DNA of 63,840 nucleotides, filler included, from Octopus bimaculoides (Eukaryota), in assembly GCF_001194135.2 (NCBI RefSeq). It is 5 parts of 5 records of this genome, joined end to end, with 100 filler letters (N's around TTAATTAATTAA, not from the genome) between each part and the next. Parts side by side here need not be neighbours in the genome. Positions count along the whole stretch, not along the records: positions 13,689 to 25,697 come from NC_069002.1; positions 25,798 to 55,458 come from NC_068990.1; 3 more parts are not named here. One strand, written 5' to 3'. The notes under the pieces were generated by a model. The model ran no database searches and was not told where the DNA came from. It was given only the letters and a program-made list of their open reading frames with translations. Each line of letters begins with the position of its first letter. Position 1 is the stretch's first letter. Positions 24,521-38,393 of the stretch are shown here, piece after piece. The position numbers and the translations under genes are program-made.

Positions 24521-25827
24521 NNNNNNNNNNNNNNNNNNNNNNNNNNNNNNNNNNNNNNNNNNNNNNNNNNNNNNNNNNNNNNNNNNNNNNNNNNNNNNNN
24601 NNNNNNNNNNNNNNNNNNNNNNNNNNNNNNNNNNNNNNNNNNNNNNNNNNNNNNNNNNNNNNNNNNNNNNNNNNNNNNNNNNNNNNNNNNNNNNNNNNNN
24701 NNNNNNNNNNNNNNNNNNNNNNNNNNNNNNNNNNNNNNNNNNNNNNNNNNNNNNNNNNNNNNNNNNNNNNNNNNNNNNNNNNNNNNNNNNNNNNNACCAT
24801 ACCATCACTAATAATGAGGATGACCGCCCGGAAGATCGTATGTGTCTTAAAAACATCACGCGACTGTCCAATGGTTCGTGAAGGACCCAACGCGTTATGA
24901 AGTTCGAAGAACTTTAGTTCCAGTCCCAGAAAATAAGACAAGCGAATTGCTAAGTTTTTGGAGTCTTTGGAGCGCCGGATAAAATTTCATGCGGTATTTG
25001 TTGCAGTTGTCAACGCTCTTTGTGTTTTGGGTTCAAATCCTACCGAGGTCAACTGACGCCTTTCATCTCCTCTTGGTCGAGAAATAAAATTCTTACTTAA
25101 GTATTGGAGCTGTTTTCTCCCGCCACTTTCCTTCATTTTTCTTTTTTGCAATATAGGTCTCACGTTTTGGCACGAGGCGAGCAAGTTTACGGGAGTGGGC
25201 TAGTCAATTGCATCGACCCCAATACTCAACTGGTACTTATTTTATCGACCACAAAATTATGAAAGGCAAAGTCTCTCGGTTCGCTGCCTTCGTCGGTTGG
25301 AATTATTTTACGGTATTTGCTGCGACTCTTGGAATTTTTACGTTCCAAGTTCAAATCACGCCGAGATCAACTATTGTCTTCTATCTCTTTTTGGCCAATA
25401 AATAAAATACTCACTTAAACATAGGAGCTGTTTTCTTCCCTCCTCTCTCTGTCTCTGTCTCTCTGTCTATCTTTTTCGTAACCTCTCTCGGAGTTGTCTA
25501 CGTGAAGACGATCACAAAAATAAGTGTTCCCTCACCAGTCCTTCTCCCCAACTGTGTGGGCCCTCAAAGAAAGATCAGACAACATCAGATTTCATCATTT
25601 GTTGACCTCTCTATAAAGTTCACGGTGCACGGACGACGCGATTATTGCCAGGGTTTCACAGCAGCGTTAGCAATGTCGCGTTGTAGTAACTAGTAGTNNN
25701 NNNNNNNNNNNNNNNNNNNNNNNNNNNNNNNNNNNNNNNNNTTAATTAATTAANNNNNNNNNNNNNNNNNNNNNNNNNNNNNNNNNNNNNNNNNNNNATA
25801 TATATATATATACATATATATATCTAC

Positions 25828-25859
<32 letters not shown>

Positions 25860-26554
25860 TATCAGACACACACACAGAGTCAGATAGATTGATAGATAGA
25901 TAGATAGATAACCAAAACGTCTTGCCTTGTACTGCGCAACGGTGTCAATGATGAATATTCGTGCCTCAATAACGTTCTCTGATAGTTACCAGGAAGCGGT
26001 ACAAATTTCCCAGCTTCATAGCATGGATAATGTATATAACTTACATGTATTAATGTTAGACATGTTAGTACCTCTATTTCAATCCTTATCAAATACACCT
26101 ATGCTGTAATGCTTCGAAACCGTATCTAACCACCTCTTTATTTCACTTTTGATGTGTAGTAATTCTACGATCACATGCTCTGTTTTGTCTTGTGTATATA
26201 TTAAACCACGTGTACGAGATAGTACACAGAATTGCTAGAAATGGGACTGAAAACGACTCAAAAATCATCACAGTTATCACTTCTGCATACTGGTGAATTC
26301 GAGGAAACGAGTATATATAAAAGCCAACTTACCAATAGCGAGTGAAAATCGCAAATGATTTGTCGACGTACTCATATCACGTGATTTCGAACCCTGTGAT
26401 AAACACTTAGTTCTCGTCAGTGAGTATTACTGTCGAGGGTTAAAGATATTTCTAGCAAAGCTGTGTAGTATCTTGTACCCATGATTATAAATTAATAATT
26501 TTATCTTTTCGTTTATTTTATGTTTGCTAGCCACTTATATTATTATTATTATTA

Positions 26555-26720
26555 TTTTATGTTTGACTTTTGCTTTCCATTTGTACAAGTTGGCTCCAAG
26601 TCTCATCCAGAGACCTCCAGAGACAACAAGGTAGAAGTTCATGTAGGTGTTATGCCTAGGGTACCATATATTTGGATTTGTACATAGTGTTGTTCTAGAG
26701 AATGTTTAAGAAACCATACG
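26555..26720 (-). mobile_element. 3' tail of an R4/Dong-like LINE ending in (AAT)n
   Basis: The reverse strand ends CAAAAGTCAAACATAAAATAATAAT. Assigned by recalled similarity only. Confidence 0.35.
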
Positions 26721-26753
26721 AAAATTATGTGTTTGTTTTAAAATTTGAGATCA

Positions 26754-26816
<63 letters not shown>

Positions 26817-26828
26817 CATTATTATTAT

Positions 26829-26882
<54 letters not shown>

Positions 26883-27149
26883 TTAATTCGTTTTATTGGC
26901 CACAAGGGCTAATATCAATTAAAAACATAGAAGGACAAAGACAGGNNNNNNNNNNNNNNNNNNNNNNNNNNNNNNNNNNNNNNNNNNNNNNNNNNNNNNN
27001 NNNNNNNNNNNNNNNNNNNNNNNNNNNNNNNNNNNNNNNNNNNNNNNNNNNNNNNNNNNNNNNNNNNNNNNNNNNNNNNNNNNNNNNNNNNNNNNNNNNN
27101 NNNNNNNNNNNNNNNNNNNNNNNNNNNNNNNNNNNNNNNNNNNNNNNGG

Positions 27150-27540
27150 TATAGAGCCCTTTCTCCTTTTACATTACCTTTTTTTTTTCTACAGGTGTAT
27201 TCTCAGAATTGGTCTGTTTATACTGGCCATTCTTCCAACAGTCACCCATCTTTCAACGAATTTGCTATGAGACAGCACTTTCCTCTCTACTCTCATCTTC
27301 CTTTTCAAGTGGAACTTGAAAAAGTTGATGACGCCTTGGCCAAAGAGGAGAGTGTCTATCTTTAGCCCTTTCAAACGGGTCCACCATATCACCTCTTTCG
27401 CTACAGCCACTAGGCATAGGAAAAGTGCCTTGCCCTCCCGGTTAAAGGAGGTCGGCGGGTCAATTCTCACGATGGACTCAGCTGATAGCCGGATCCGTCC
27501 TACAAGTGACAGTAGCTGTTCGATATAGACCCACATATAA
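27150..27540 (-). mobile_element. L1/Tx1-like LINE ORF2 C-terminal fragment
   Basis: ORF WVYIEQLLSLVGRIRLSAESIV...VAVAKEVIWWTRLKGL...FFKFHLKRKMRVER...FVERW has the K..IW..R and F..RW pattern of the Tx1/L1 ORF2 end. Confidence 0.7.
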
Positions 27541-27569
27541 TAATAATAATGATAATAATATCATTATAT

Positions 27570-27734
27570 ATAGGCACAGTAGTGGGTGTGTGGTAAGTAG
27601 CTTGTTTACCAAACACATGGTTCCGTGGTCAGTCCCACTGCGTGGCACGTTGGGCAAGTGTCTTCCACTATAGCCTTGGGCCGACCAAAGCCTTGTGAGT
27701 AGATTTGGTAGACGGAAACTGAAAGACGCCTGTC

Positions 27735-27745
<11 letters not shown>
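27570..27745 (+). mobile_element. Family B SINE 5' half
   Basis: Near-consensus head up to the TA run and gap. Other halves lie at 33546-33704 (-), 13010-13120 (-) and 36240-36410 (+). Confidence 0.85.
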
Positions 27746-27768
<23 letters not shown>

Positions 27769-28149
27769 NNNNNNNNNNNNNNNNNNNNNNNNNNNNNNNN
27801 NNNNNNNNNNNNNNNNNNNNNNNNNNNNNNNNNNNNNNNNNNNNNNNNNNNNNNNNNNNNNNNNNNNNNNNNNNNNNNNNNNNNNNNNNNNNNNNNNNNN
27901 NNNNNNNNNNNNNNNNNNNNNNNNNNNNNNNNNNNNNNNNNNNNNNNNNNNNNNNNNNNNNNNNNNNNNNNNNNNNNNNNNNNNNNNNNNNNNNNNNNNN
28001 NNNNNNNNNNNNNNNNNNNNNNNNNNNNNNNNNNNNNNNNNNNNNNNNNNNNNNNNNNNNNNNNNNNNNNNNNNNNNNNNNNNNNNNTATATATGTACAA
28101 TTGTATATCAATATTTTATTATATATCGTACGAGTTCTTTTTCCCTTAT

Positions 28150-28400
28150 ATCTATTTTATCCGGGTTATGACTGTATCTTGCGCGGGGACATAGGAATAA
28201 TCGGACTGAATACCCGATCGCGCGGTTAAACCATTGAGAGTGAAAGACCCCTGGACCTTGTTAGGGCATCCTTCTAGGAGAAGGCAACTCAGGTAACTGG
28301 GATAACTCCGACATAAAACCTGCGGCTCAGTGGTTACCGATGATGTTAACTTGTTCTTCTTTTCGCGTTATGGCTGCTGTTGTTTAGTGGGTGGGATTAA
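28150..28400 (+). mobile_element. Possible RTE-type 5' UTR or SINE fragment
   Basis: GC-richer block with GGAGAAGGCAACTC...AAAACCTGCGGC, reminiscent of RTE/BovB 5' regions. From memory only. Confidence 0.3.
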
Positions 28401-30009
28401 CTCAGTGTACAGCCTTTCTAGTTAACATTGTTCTCAACACCAGCCTAATGATTTAGGTGAACATCAGCGTTCTGATTTAGGTACAAGGCCAACAATTTTT
28501 GAATTTCCATATTTTCTCTCGAAGTACGAAGCAGAGATGATTTGACCTACTACGACTCCTGATTAAAACGAATATAAAAAAGAAAAAAATAACATGCGGT
28601 TAAGGGGACACTCAAGTCGGTGACTAGTGAGAAATTCTTTTGTTATTGTCGCTGTTCTCGTCGTTAAACTCAGACCAGCTTGATCGGGCAAGCTAAGCGT
28701 CTTTCGTTTTTTAAGACGGTAGTGTGTGATTTGGGAAGGTTTGCCTTTTTTTCCTAGCAGAACAAACGAGTGCGAACAGTCTACCCCATATTGTTACTTA
28801 TAGTGTATATGAAGTGTTTACTCTACACTATATCGTGAAGTATCGTTTTAAATGGAATACATGTCAACTACGTAGTTAGTGAGGAATGTATTACGATCTC
28901 TGCAACATTTACTTAACAATTCATAAAAGTTTATAATTTCAATCATTAGTGATGATATTTAATTGAAACCAGGGGAAAAAAAAAGCAATAATCGCATGGG
29001 AAAAGGTAGTTGATATGTGTGTAATATGGCTGCCATAAAGAGAATGTTGCAAACTTTAGCAAGGTAAACTGCTCGTATGCGAAAATACTATTATATTGTT
29101 ATTTACGTTAGTTAATAGCTTCTGAAAATTCTAATTAATTCGCTCGAAATTGCTGTCAAGCTTTGTTTAAACACATGAGAGGAAACATTTAATCTGTGGG
29201 TATGTAAAATAACAAACATTATAATATCCGAAAATAATAACACGACGACATTCCTGTGTTTGTATTTTATAAGATGGAAACGACAAATATATTTGCATGT
29301 AAGAGAAATATTTTGTTTCTTGAATCATCATTGCTTCACTCAGTATTTGGGCTTCTTTCCATAAAGTGATTATATTTAGGCATTATCTTAAAGCCACTAT
29401 GCAATAAACGTTATATCTTATTTAAGTATTATATCACACGCGTTATATTATAAGCATTAACGAGGTTGTTATTAAACGGTTTAGAAATTCGCTTCTTAAA
29501 TACAAAATGCCGGGTTCATTTATTGTGCGGGACATCTTGAGCAAGAATATTTTTACTAAAATTCCAAGTCGGTCCCAAAGGTGTAAGTAAAATTAAGACA
29601 GAAAGACTGTTCGGAAGCTCATGATATGGTGTGTGCTTGTAAATCAAAGAGCCAGCCTCCTCACACAATGCATCATGCTGAGTCTGCTGGAGAACTAAGT
29701 TAATTGTACAAGTATCTGGAAAATACTCAGTTATTTACGCGCTCAATCAAAGACCAGGTAGTTCAGGTGATTGCACCACGGGAATACACATCGTCGAAAC
29801 CAACAGAGATCCATTAGTTTATTTAATAGGCGTTATATGTCGGTATTGTAATACGGGTACAATATGTTGCTATTGTAATATAAGTATTATAAGCATTACA
29901 TATATCGTTATTGTAACATAGGTATTGTGTATTACAAGCATTATATGTCAGTATTGTGTATACAATATTAGTATGCAATTCCTATATTAGGCATTTTGTA
30001 CTAGCTGTT

Positions 30010-30185
30010 AAGGGGCGAGCTAGCAGAATCGTTAAAACGTTGGACAATATTTATTTTGGCTCTTTACGTTCTGAGTTCAAATTTCCGCCGAACTTAACTT
30101 TGTCTTACATTCTTACGGGGCTGACCTAATCGACTAAACTCTTCCTCCTAAAATTTACTGGTCATGTGCTAAAATTTGAAACCAT
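30010..30185 (+). mobile_element. Family A SINE (internally deleted)
   Basis: GGCGAGCTAGCAGAATCGTT...CTGAGTTCAAATTTCCGCCGA. A further decayed copy lies at about 31080-31270 (-). Confidence 0.7.
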
Positions 30186-32627
30186 TCTATATTAGACATT
30201 GCATTACGGATGCTTGCGATATAATTAGGTGCTGCTCTACTAATAATAGAAATGTTAATATATACACGATATTCTGCGACAGCTGTTACTACAAATAGTT
30301 TGTAAGTCAGAAGGAATTAAAACCTGCTTTATAGTAACTTGCATTTTGGGTTATTTTTTGCTTCAATTTAATTAAATAATAATTGCATTCATTACTGTAA
30401 TCGTCGAACACAAAGAACCAATGTGATACTAACAGCTGAAGATTTGCGTACCTTTAAGTATTAGAGGTTTATCTATATAAAATATAAGTCTTCATGCGAA
30501 GAAACTAGTGAATTTCTGCTTGAGGCAACTAACAAGCTCCATTTCCGAGTGAAAACTTAAAACTATTTCGAACTTATCCTTTAGTGTATTATCTACTAAA
30601 ACTTCGCCATACTCACCAACCCCGCAAAATAAAGCAACTGACCACAAAATTTCTTAATAGATACACACTATGACTTCTGAAATTCTGCTTAGATTTACTG
30701 TATTATGGCTGATACATACAGGGACGAATCATTCGCAATTCATTGGCGACCAGAACGTTTTCTGTTCGCGTACTACCCATTCTATAGGAAAACAACCCTC
30801 TTGACTTGGTGTCAGGCATTTATCAGGTTGATGTTTTAAAAAGAAAGTCATTATAGACAAACCAAACGTATGACTATTCTCTTCAAGTAGTAGTCTTCAG
30901 TGAAAATTACTAGAGAGAAGACAAGTTGCCAACGGAAAAGTATCACACTTCTTGTGTAGCTGAGCCTCGTTTAAATGTATTATTTCCACGGGGATTGGGT
31001 ATTTTACGCTACATGATCGGAAAATCCCCGCATATTCTAGTTATTGTCTTTAAAGCTTTAAAGATGCGACAAATCCATTAATATAATGGTTTAAAATTTT
31101 AACACGGCCAGCAGGTTTTTGAGGGCAAGGGCAAGTTGATTACTTGCCCTTGTTATTGCTTATCTTATTGACACTGAAAGGATGTAAAGCAGTGTTTACC
31201 TTGGCAGAATTTAAGCCCAAAGCAAAAAAATGGTTGAAATGTTGCCAAGCATTTTGTGCGGTGTGCTAATATGATATCATTAAGAGTGTCAAATCTTACG
31301 AATTTCTTAAACTGTTGTATTCTGCTTCTATGACTGTAGCAGCTATAAATATATTGTAACTTGCTAGCTCTGAATGTTCTGTTAGTAGAAGTTACTTAAA
31401 CATTTTAAACTGTTTTATCTCTGGCATTGCTCTTATTTTCACATGATAGTCTGCTCATATTATAAAACCATTATCTGTGTAATATACTTAGGTAAATAGA
31501 ATAAAATAAAGATAAATAATGTGAGTGGAACTGTATCTTTTGCTTAGCGAAGCAAAAATGTATCCCATATTTGTCTAGTTGGCAGTTTATCTCATGTTTT
31601 ATCCTATCAGCCACGTTTCATTATACATCTTAACACTTTATAGATACATTATGCTTAATGATTAATATCATGTCATTATTATCACAGCAGTGTACCTTAT
31701 ATGTAGCGTAGGTGTAGATGTAAACAGCAAGAAAGCCATGTTTATGATGCTGTTGTAATTTCACGTTGATGTAAAACATATACTTATTGATCTCGACGAT
31801 TCTTACTCGTAAAATTTCCATCACATTTGTTCGACATAGAAAATTTCAACAACCAGTTTTCTGCAAAGTAACAGTGTTTTAATATTGATTAAAATTTTAC
31901 ATTTAGAAATGAGACACTAAATGGCTCGGTTCTTATATCTGTAGGTGCTATAGTCAGGGGACAACTCAAAGCAACAATTAAATTTTCGTTAAATCTTCAA
32001 AGTCTAGTGAATCAAAGTGTTCAAAATCTTTTTACGTGTAAAATATGCAATAAATATTACTTATATTCAGATCATTGAAGTTGTTTATCTTCTCAACTCA
32101 AATCAGCTTCTGAGTGAGTTCTGCTTTGGTTTAGATATAATGGACGTGAAGTATCTAATGGTTCTGCTATGGTTAAAGGGAACTGGCCACCAATGAGAGG
32201 GAAATAAGGATAACTAAGTAGACAGTTTTGATTTTCTGTCAGTATCCAGCTGAGAGCGAAAAATGAATTACGTAACAAAGGGTGTGAAAGAGTCCTTATG
32301 TAATAGACAAAAAGTAGGATTTGTCATGTAGCATTTATTGTGTAAAAGTGATCTGACTCTACAGGCAACCGTAGTGAATCTTATTATACAAGGTAATGCT
32401 TACAGAGTGATGGCGCCTGCATATGTTTGTAGATAAAGACCACGTTACAAATTGCTCGATTAAAATGTTCCTTATTCTTACAGAAAAAATAAATGCCCTA
32501 ACAATCACCTTTCAATACCATATTTATTAGCTTGAGAGCCTGTATAGAGTCAGTATATTTGTGAGAAATAGTAACCAATCCGCCTCAAAGCAATCACTCT
32601 TTCGTGCTTTATATATAAAAAAAAAGA

Positions 32628-32666
<39 letters not shown>

Positions 32667-32964
32667 GAAAACATTGAAATATCCGATAAAATATACGAAA
32701 GTCCCGGTTTTCACACCATTGATCGTAGGTCAAATTGATCAGAACTGATATAAGCAGCAAAAGCCATGATTGAAAAATAGTCTTTACATAGGAGTTTAAA
32801 AATAACCACTGCATATATGAAGCAAAAAACTGTGATCACTATGTGGTAGCTCAGCCTGCTAGAATTACCATTATTATTCACGCAAGCACGTTCATGAATT
32901 CAAAATACGGTCTATATTATTCTCGTCAGCTATATATCCTACACTTAGAGAACGACACTTTACA

Positions 32965-33025
<61 letters not shown>

Positions 33026-34374
33026 NNNNNNNNNNNNNNNNNNNNNNNNNNNNNNNNNNNNNNNNNNNNNNNNNNNNNNNNNNNNNNNNNNNNNNNNNNN
33101 NNNNNNNNNNNNNNNNNNNNNNNNNNNNNNNNNNNNNNNNNNNNNNNNNNNNNNNNNNNNNNNNNNNNNNNNNNNNNNNNNNNNNNNNNNNNNNNNNNNN
33201 NNNNNNNNNNNNNNNNNNNNNNNNNNNNNNNNNNNNNNNNNNNNNNNNNNNNNNNNNNNNNNNNNNNNNNNNNNNNNNNNNNNNNNNNNNNNNNNNNNNN
33301 NNNNNNNNNNNNNNNNNNNNNNNNNNNNNNNNNNNNNNNNNNNNNNNNNNNNNNNNNNNNNNNNNNNNNNNNNNNNNNNNNNNNNNNNNNNNNNNNNNNN
33401 NNNNNNNNNNNNNNNNNNNNNNNNNNNNNNNNNNNNNNNNNNNNNNNNNNNNNNNNNNNNNNNNNNNNNNNNNNNNNNNNNNNNNNNNNNNNNNNNNNNN
33501 NNNNNNNNNNATATATATATATATATATATATACATATATACAACAGGCTTCTTTCAGTTTCCGTCTACCAAATCCACTCACAAGGCTTTGGTCGGCCCG
33601 GGGCTATAGTAGAAGACACTTGCCCAAGGTGCCACGCAGTGGGAATGAACCCGGAACCATGTGGTTGGTAAGCAAGATACTTACCACACAGCCACTCCAG
33701 CGCCGATAATGTTTTTTTTTTCTTCCATACCGAACTACTTGGTAAAATTATCAATTATTAATTTATTAATAAATGAATAATTCTTTACCCTATATCTATA
33801 TTGATTCTTCACTCTCTGATAGTAAACTGCAAATTTTCTGCGGTACTGCTTGTGTGTATGTGTGTGTAAAATAGATTCATGGATCAGACAATCACCAGAA
33901 CACCTCTAATTATGAATCAGTTGAATCTGGGATTCTTCATACTTAAAGGAATGTATGGAACAGCAAGTATGATAATCTAACAATGCTATTCACCGAAACA
34001 CAAGCGACCATTGAATCAATTGTTGCTTTTCTACAGTCATTGTGTAGATTTAGATGAGACAAAATTAGTTGTTATCCACATTGTCTTCGTTGCTTTCGAA
34101 CAAAATAAGTTATGTCAGGTTTCTTTTAACTTTAAGATAAATTGTTCTTAAACAAAACGAAATTAACTGAAATTGTTCACAGAATAGTGGAATAATCAAA
34201 ACCAAAAAGTTATTGTTAATCAAAGTGCTAAATTTAAATTATATATTTTGAATAGCTATTTTCAGCGGTTGGATATTACATTGTCTGTGTTTCGATTGAA
34301 TAGCCAATTTTACGTCTGAACCTCGCATGGCTGATTAACTTATGCAAATAGTCATAAATGTAATCTGACTTTTC

Positions 34375-34430
34375 GTACACCACCTGATGAGGGATGTAGA
34401 ACTCGAAACAGTGCGTTTTGTAGTAGGAAA
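34375..34430 (+). ncRNA. Minimal type I hammerhead-like motif
   Basis: CCAC-CTGATGA-GGG-ATGTAGAA-CTC-GAAA-CAG-TGCGT-TTTGTA-GTAGG: canonical core, 3-bp stem II, stem III ACAG/TTGT, GUA triplet, and a weak bulged stem I. Confidence 0.5.
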
Positions 34431-34667
34431 CTTACTAAGAGATATTACCACACATACCATGTTTATATCATATCAGAACTTGACACTTTTCGTTTTGGCT
34501 TTCTCTGTATAATAATTCATACCTGAAGCGAACATTTATCGAGCACTTGTGGTGAAAAATACCTTTCCGCTATGACTAAATATGATATATTCTGTCACGT
34601 TATCGAGTGTAAAAGCATTAACACACACACACACACACACACACACANNNNNNNNNNGTAAAAGCAT

Positions 34668-34707
<40 letters not shown>

Positions 34708-36426
34708 GCACGCACACACACACACACACACACACGCACAAACTAATATACTGACCAAAGAACTAAAACCATTTGCCAAGTCCTCAAGTAATATTCGAGT
34801 GAAAAAACAAATATTTCTTCCACCTTGCTTCTGGATATAAATGGTATTTAAGCAGGCAATCAAATTGCATTTTCTGTATTAGTTTGAGCGGTTTCCAGCA
34901 TAAAGACACTACTTGATTTATTGGAATTAGATACTTTCGATTCCACTACCTCTAACATCTTTATCCCCGGCACCAACCAACACTACCATCACCACCAATA
35001 CCGTCCACCCCCCACCTCCTCATCAAGCTTAGTTACCGCTATCAACATCAACTGCGCAAGCAGCAGAAAGGGGGGGGGGAGATGTAAAACATGTAGCTTC
35101 TGGTCACAAATTTCCTACCTCCTTGTGGTGCCTGAGAAAAAGCAAAGAGAAATATAACAAATACAAAACAAAACAAAAAAGGAAAAAAAAACAAACTCAA
35201 TCCCTGAAATGGCAGGACAAATCAAATATTTCATATTGAATTGTGAACTATTTAAAGAAAAATTTTAATTCTATCATGAACGTCGTCATCGCCATCATCA
35301 TCGTCATCATCATCATCATCATTACCAGCAACAGCATCTGTAGTAGTGAAACTAAAAGAGAGGCAGTGTTAATAGCTCTATGCAAATTTTCTTACCCCCC
35401 CACCCCCATCCCAAACTAGTCATCTTTAAGTACTGACTACCAGTTAAATGAATAACTCTAACTGTTACAACTGAAATATTAGAATATGAGATTAAGAGAG
35501 GGACACTCTTCATTACATTATTATAAATTCCAGGACTTAAACTATATTACTGTGTAGCTCTGTATTCCCATTTTTTAAAGATGTATTACACAAGACTGCA
35601 TTACTCTAATGATCCAGACTATTACTAAGATATATAGCTTATAGAATTTTTTACGCCCCTAATTATGAAGAGAAGGACATTGGTAATAATTCATTTTCCG
35701 AAGGCTTCCGAGACTGGTTAGAGCAAGACTGGGAGTATAACTTAAAGTAGAAACTTGGTCCGTAAGCTTATATCAGTATGATCTCCACTAAAGATATTCA
35801 AGAACGATGTTGTGGTGTTAAATCTGGCTACGCATTAAATTTTCTTTGCAAGGTCACACACACACACACACACACATACACACACACACACCCACAAGAG
35901 AGAAAACGACAAGGCATTTCTTTGGAGTATTTGCAGAAACAGCGCGTGCGACAAAATAGCATGCAATGTAAATTTACGTTGCTTTTACTCCTGAATTCAT
36001 ATCCCTAGTAGGTCTGTTTGGCACTTAAGCATTCCTGGCTCAATATCATCACACACTACCACAACGAACATGCTGTTACACAACACCTAACTATACAGTC
36101 AATATGTAACTGTAGAAATCTCTCAGTAGATACACTTGTAGAATTTTATTTCTAAGTAGGCTAGCAGAATTTTTGATGTGCCAAATGCTAGGGTTGATTT
36201 GTTCATTGCGTTTGTCCTGCAACCCAAACCATTGAACAACAGGTGTTGGTTTGTTTACGTGTCCTTACCCTAACATTTCGGCAAACGAGACCCATATATT
36301 AAGTGCTAGGCTTTAAAAAATACGTAGTGGAGTCGGCTAAAACTCTTCAAGGCGGTGCATCATTATGGCCATAGTCTGTAGTCCAATGAGTGAAACAAGT
36401 TAAAGATGAAAAGTACACACACACAC

Positions 36427-36469
<43 letters not shown>

Positions 36470-36476
36470 TATATGC

Positions 36477-36507
<31 letters not shown>

Positions 36508-36509
36508 AT

Positions 36510-36680
36510 GTGTGTGTGAAGGCACGTGACCCAATGGTTAAGGTGTTGCCATTACGATAGCTTGATCCTGTGCCTAGCGGTGTGTGGTATTCTTGAGCAA
36601 GACACTTCATTCGGCATTGCTCCTGCCTACCCAGCTGTAAATGGGTCATCCTGCGGTGGACTAGCCTCCCGATCAGTTGG
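36510..36680 (+). mobile_element. SINE with a MetaSINE/V-SINE-like central domain
   Basis: tRNA-like head GGCACGTGACCCAATGGTTAAGG, then TTCTTGAGCAAGACACTT...CCCAGCTGTAAATGGG...CCTGCGGTGGACTAGCCTCCC. Confidence 0.5.
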
Positions 36681-38288
36681 AAATGCTGGTCGGCTCGTGA
36701 AATTCATTTTCGCACGTGAGTTCCGGTCCCCAGTTATGAACTTATTTGCATACAGCCAATCAGACCTCAACCATCAAGCTAATTTATGAACGCATAACAA
36801 GTGATGGACGATAAGATAAAGTCACTTGCATAAGGAATGGCCATGCCTCTTTTCTCTTTTAATAATGCTTCTTGATCTTGTTCTTGTTTCAACCATGGCT
36901 GCCTCTGCGTAGTTATTTGTGTTGTTGTTTACTTTCTAAAACAGTAAGAGGAAAGGGTTGCTAGCACATCACCCTCTACCCACATTTTTCCCATCCACAT
37001 CTTTACCATATGAGGCCCTAACAAAACCCGATAATAGGTATAGATGCAAATCTATCTAATTATTTGTCTCCTTCTAAAATCAGGCATAATTTGACGATCG
37101 GTCGATTTACAACACCGTTCTTCGTCTTGAGTTTACTTGGCAGAGTGTGCTTGTTAAGTTGACAAGAAGGTCAAGGTGAACTCTGATTGGTTGTATGCAA
37201 ACAAGTTTATTACTGGAGTCCGGAACTGTCGCGGTAAAACAATTTCGCGGCCGGCTCGCTCCAGCCAGTGAAGGTTGACTCGTTTGAAAGCTAAAATGTT
37301 GCAAAGCGCATTGTAATCAGCAATGTATAACAACATCCGATACTTCGATCGATCGAGTGATCACGTGATACATATAATGTAAATGGTTCTCTGTTAGTTT
37401 CATCGAACTCGAGACTCATTGAATTTTAGCATAACTGGATGAAGTGGTTACAGATGCGTGGATTCTCATTGTAATCCTTAAACAAAGCTAGCAAGACAGT
37501 ATATAACAAAGCTGGGTCGCTGAATTGCAAATACAGCCACTTCTAAGCCTGTGCCTTTTCAATTTTACTCATAAAGTATAAGTCGACAGAGGGCCACGGA
37601 AAAAAATATATATATCTCTCCTCCTGATGCCTCAATGCGGAATCGAATCCAAAACATTATAATTACTAAATAAATTGTTCATTATGACTGCAACAATTTG
37701 TAGAAAACAACAAGCACATGCGTATATAAATATATAAATATTTAATATATATTTATTGAATATAAACATAGAAAATAGTGCGGTTTCTCCTTCTTTCCTC
37801 TTCGTTCTGTTTCTATGACGTTTATCTTTCCTTTTCATTCAGTTACTATCATTTTCATCTCTCCGCTATCAGTAGCCATAATTTAGTAATCTCCGACCAC
37901 AATATCTGCAGCTATCGAGAATAGCAATATGTTATTTATTTATTGCCAAATATGTTAGTTTACTTTGTTCAGTGGATTATAATCTGTATCTTCATTCATT
38001 TGCCAGAAAATGAAAGATAAATTAGTTTTAAACACAGTTCAGTGGAAATATTTACTTTTAGACGTGCCAATCAACAACATAGTTTAAACATTTACACATT
38101 TTATGCATTGGCAGTGATTTTTGTTCCAAGTCGACAAATATTTTTCTTCGTGATTGCATTTTAAAAGTCATTTTTTTTCCTTCTATTGTGTTGCTATTGC
38201 TGTAATTGCAATCTTTGTTGTGCTCTGTTTTCAGGTCAGTCTCGATTGAACGGACCTATTATCAAAGGTGTTACAGCCGTGACAATCC

Positions 38289-38343
<55 letters not shown>

Positions 38344-38393
38344 GTTATTGTTATTGTTGTTGTCGTTGTTGTTGTTATTACTTTATTAATGAT

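Noticed and set aside
32387-32420. 28-nt micro-exon candidate (ctctacag|...ACAAG|gtaatg); other isolated AG/GT pairs at about 13160-13280, 30620-30680, 44878 and 50600
   Set aside because: Splice-like pairs are common by chance. No homology and no phase-linked neighbours.
15897-33709. ORFs containing long X runs
   Set aside because: They are open only because N gaps contain no stop codons.
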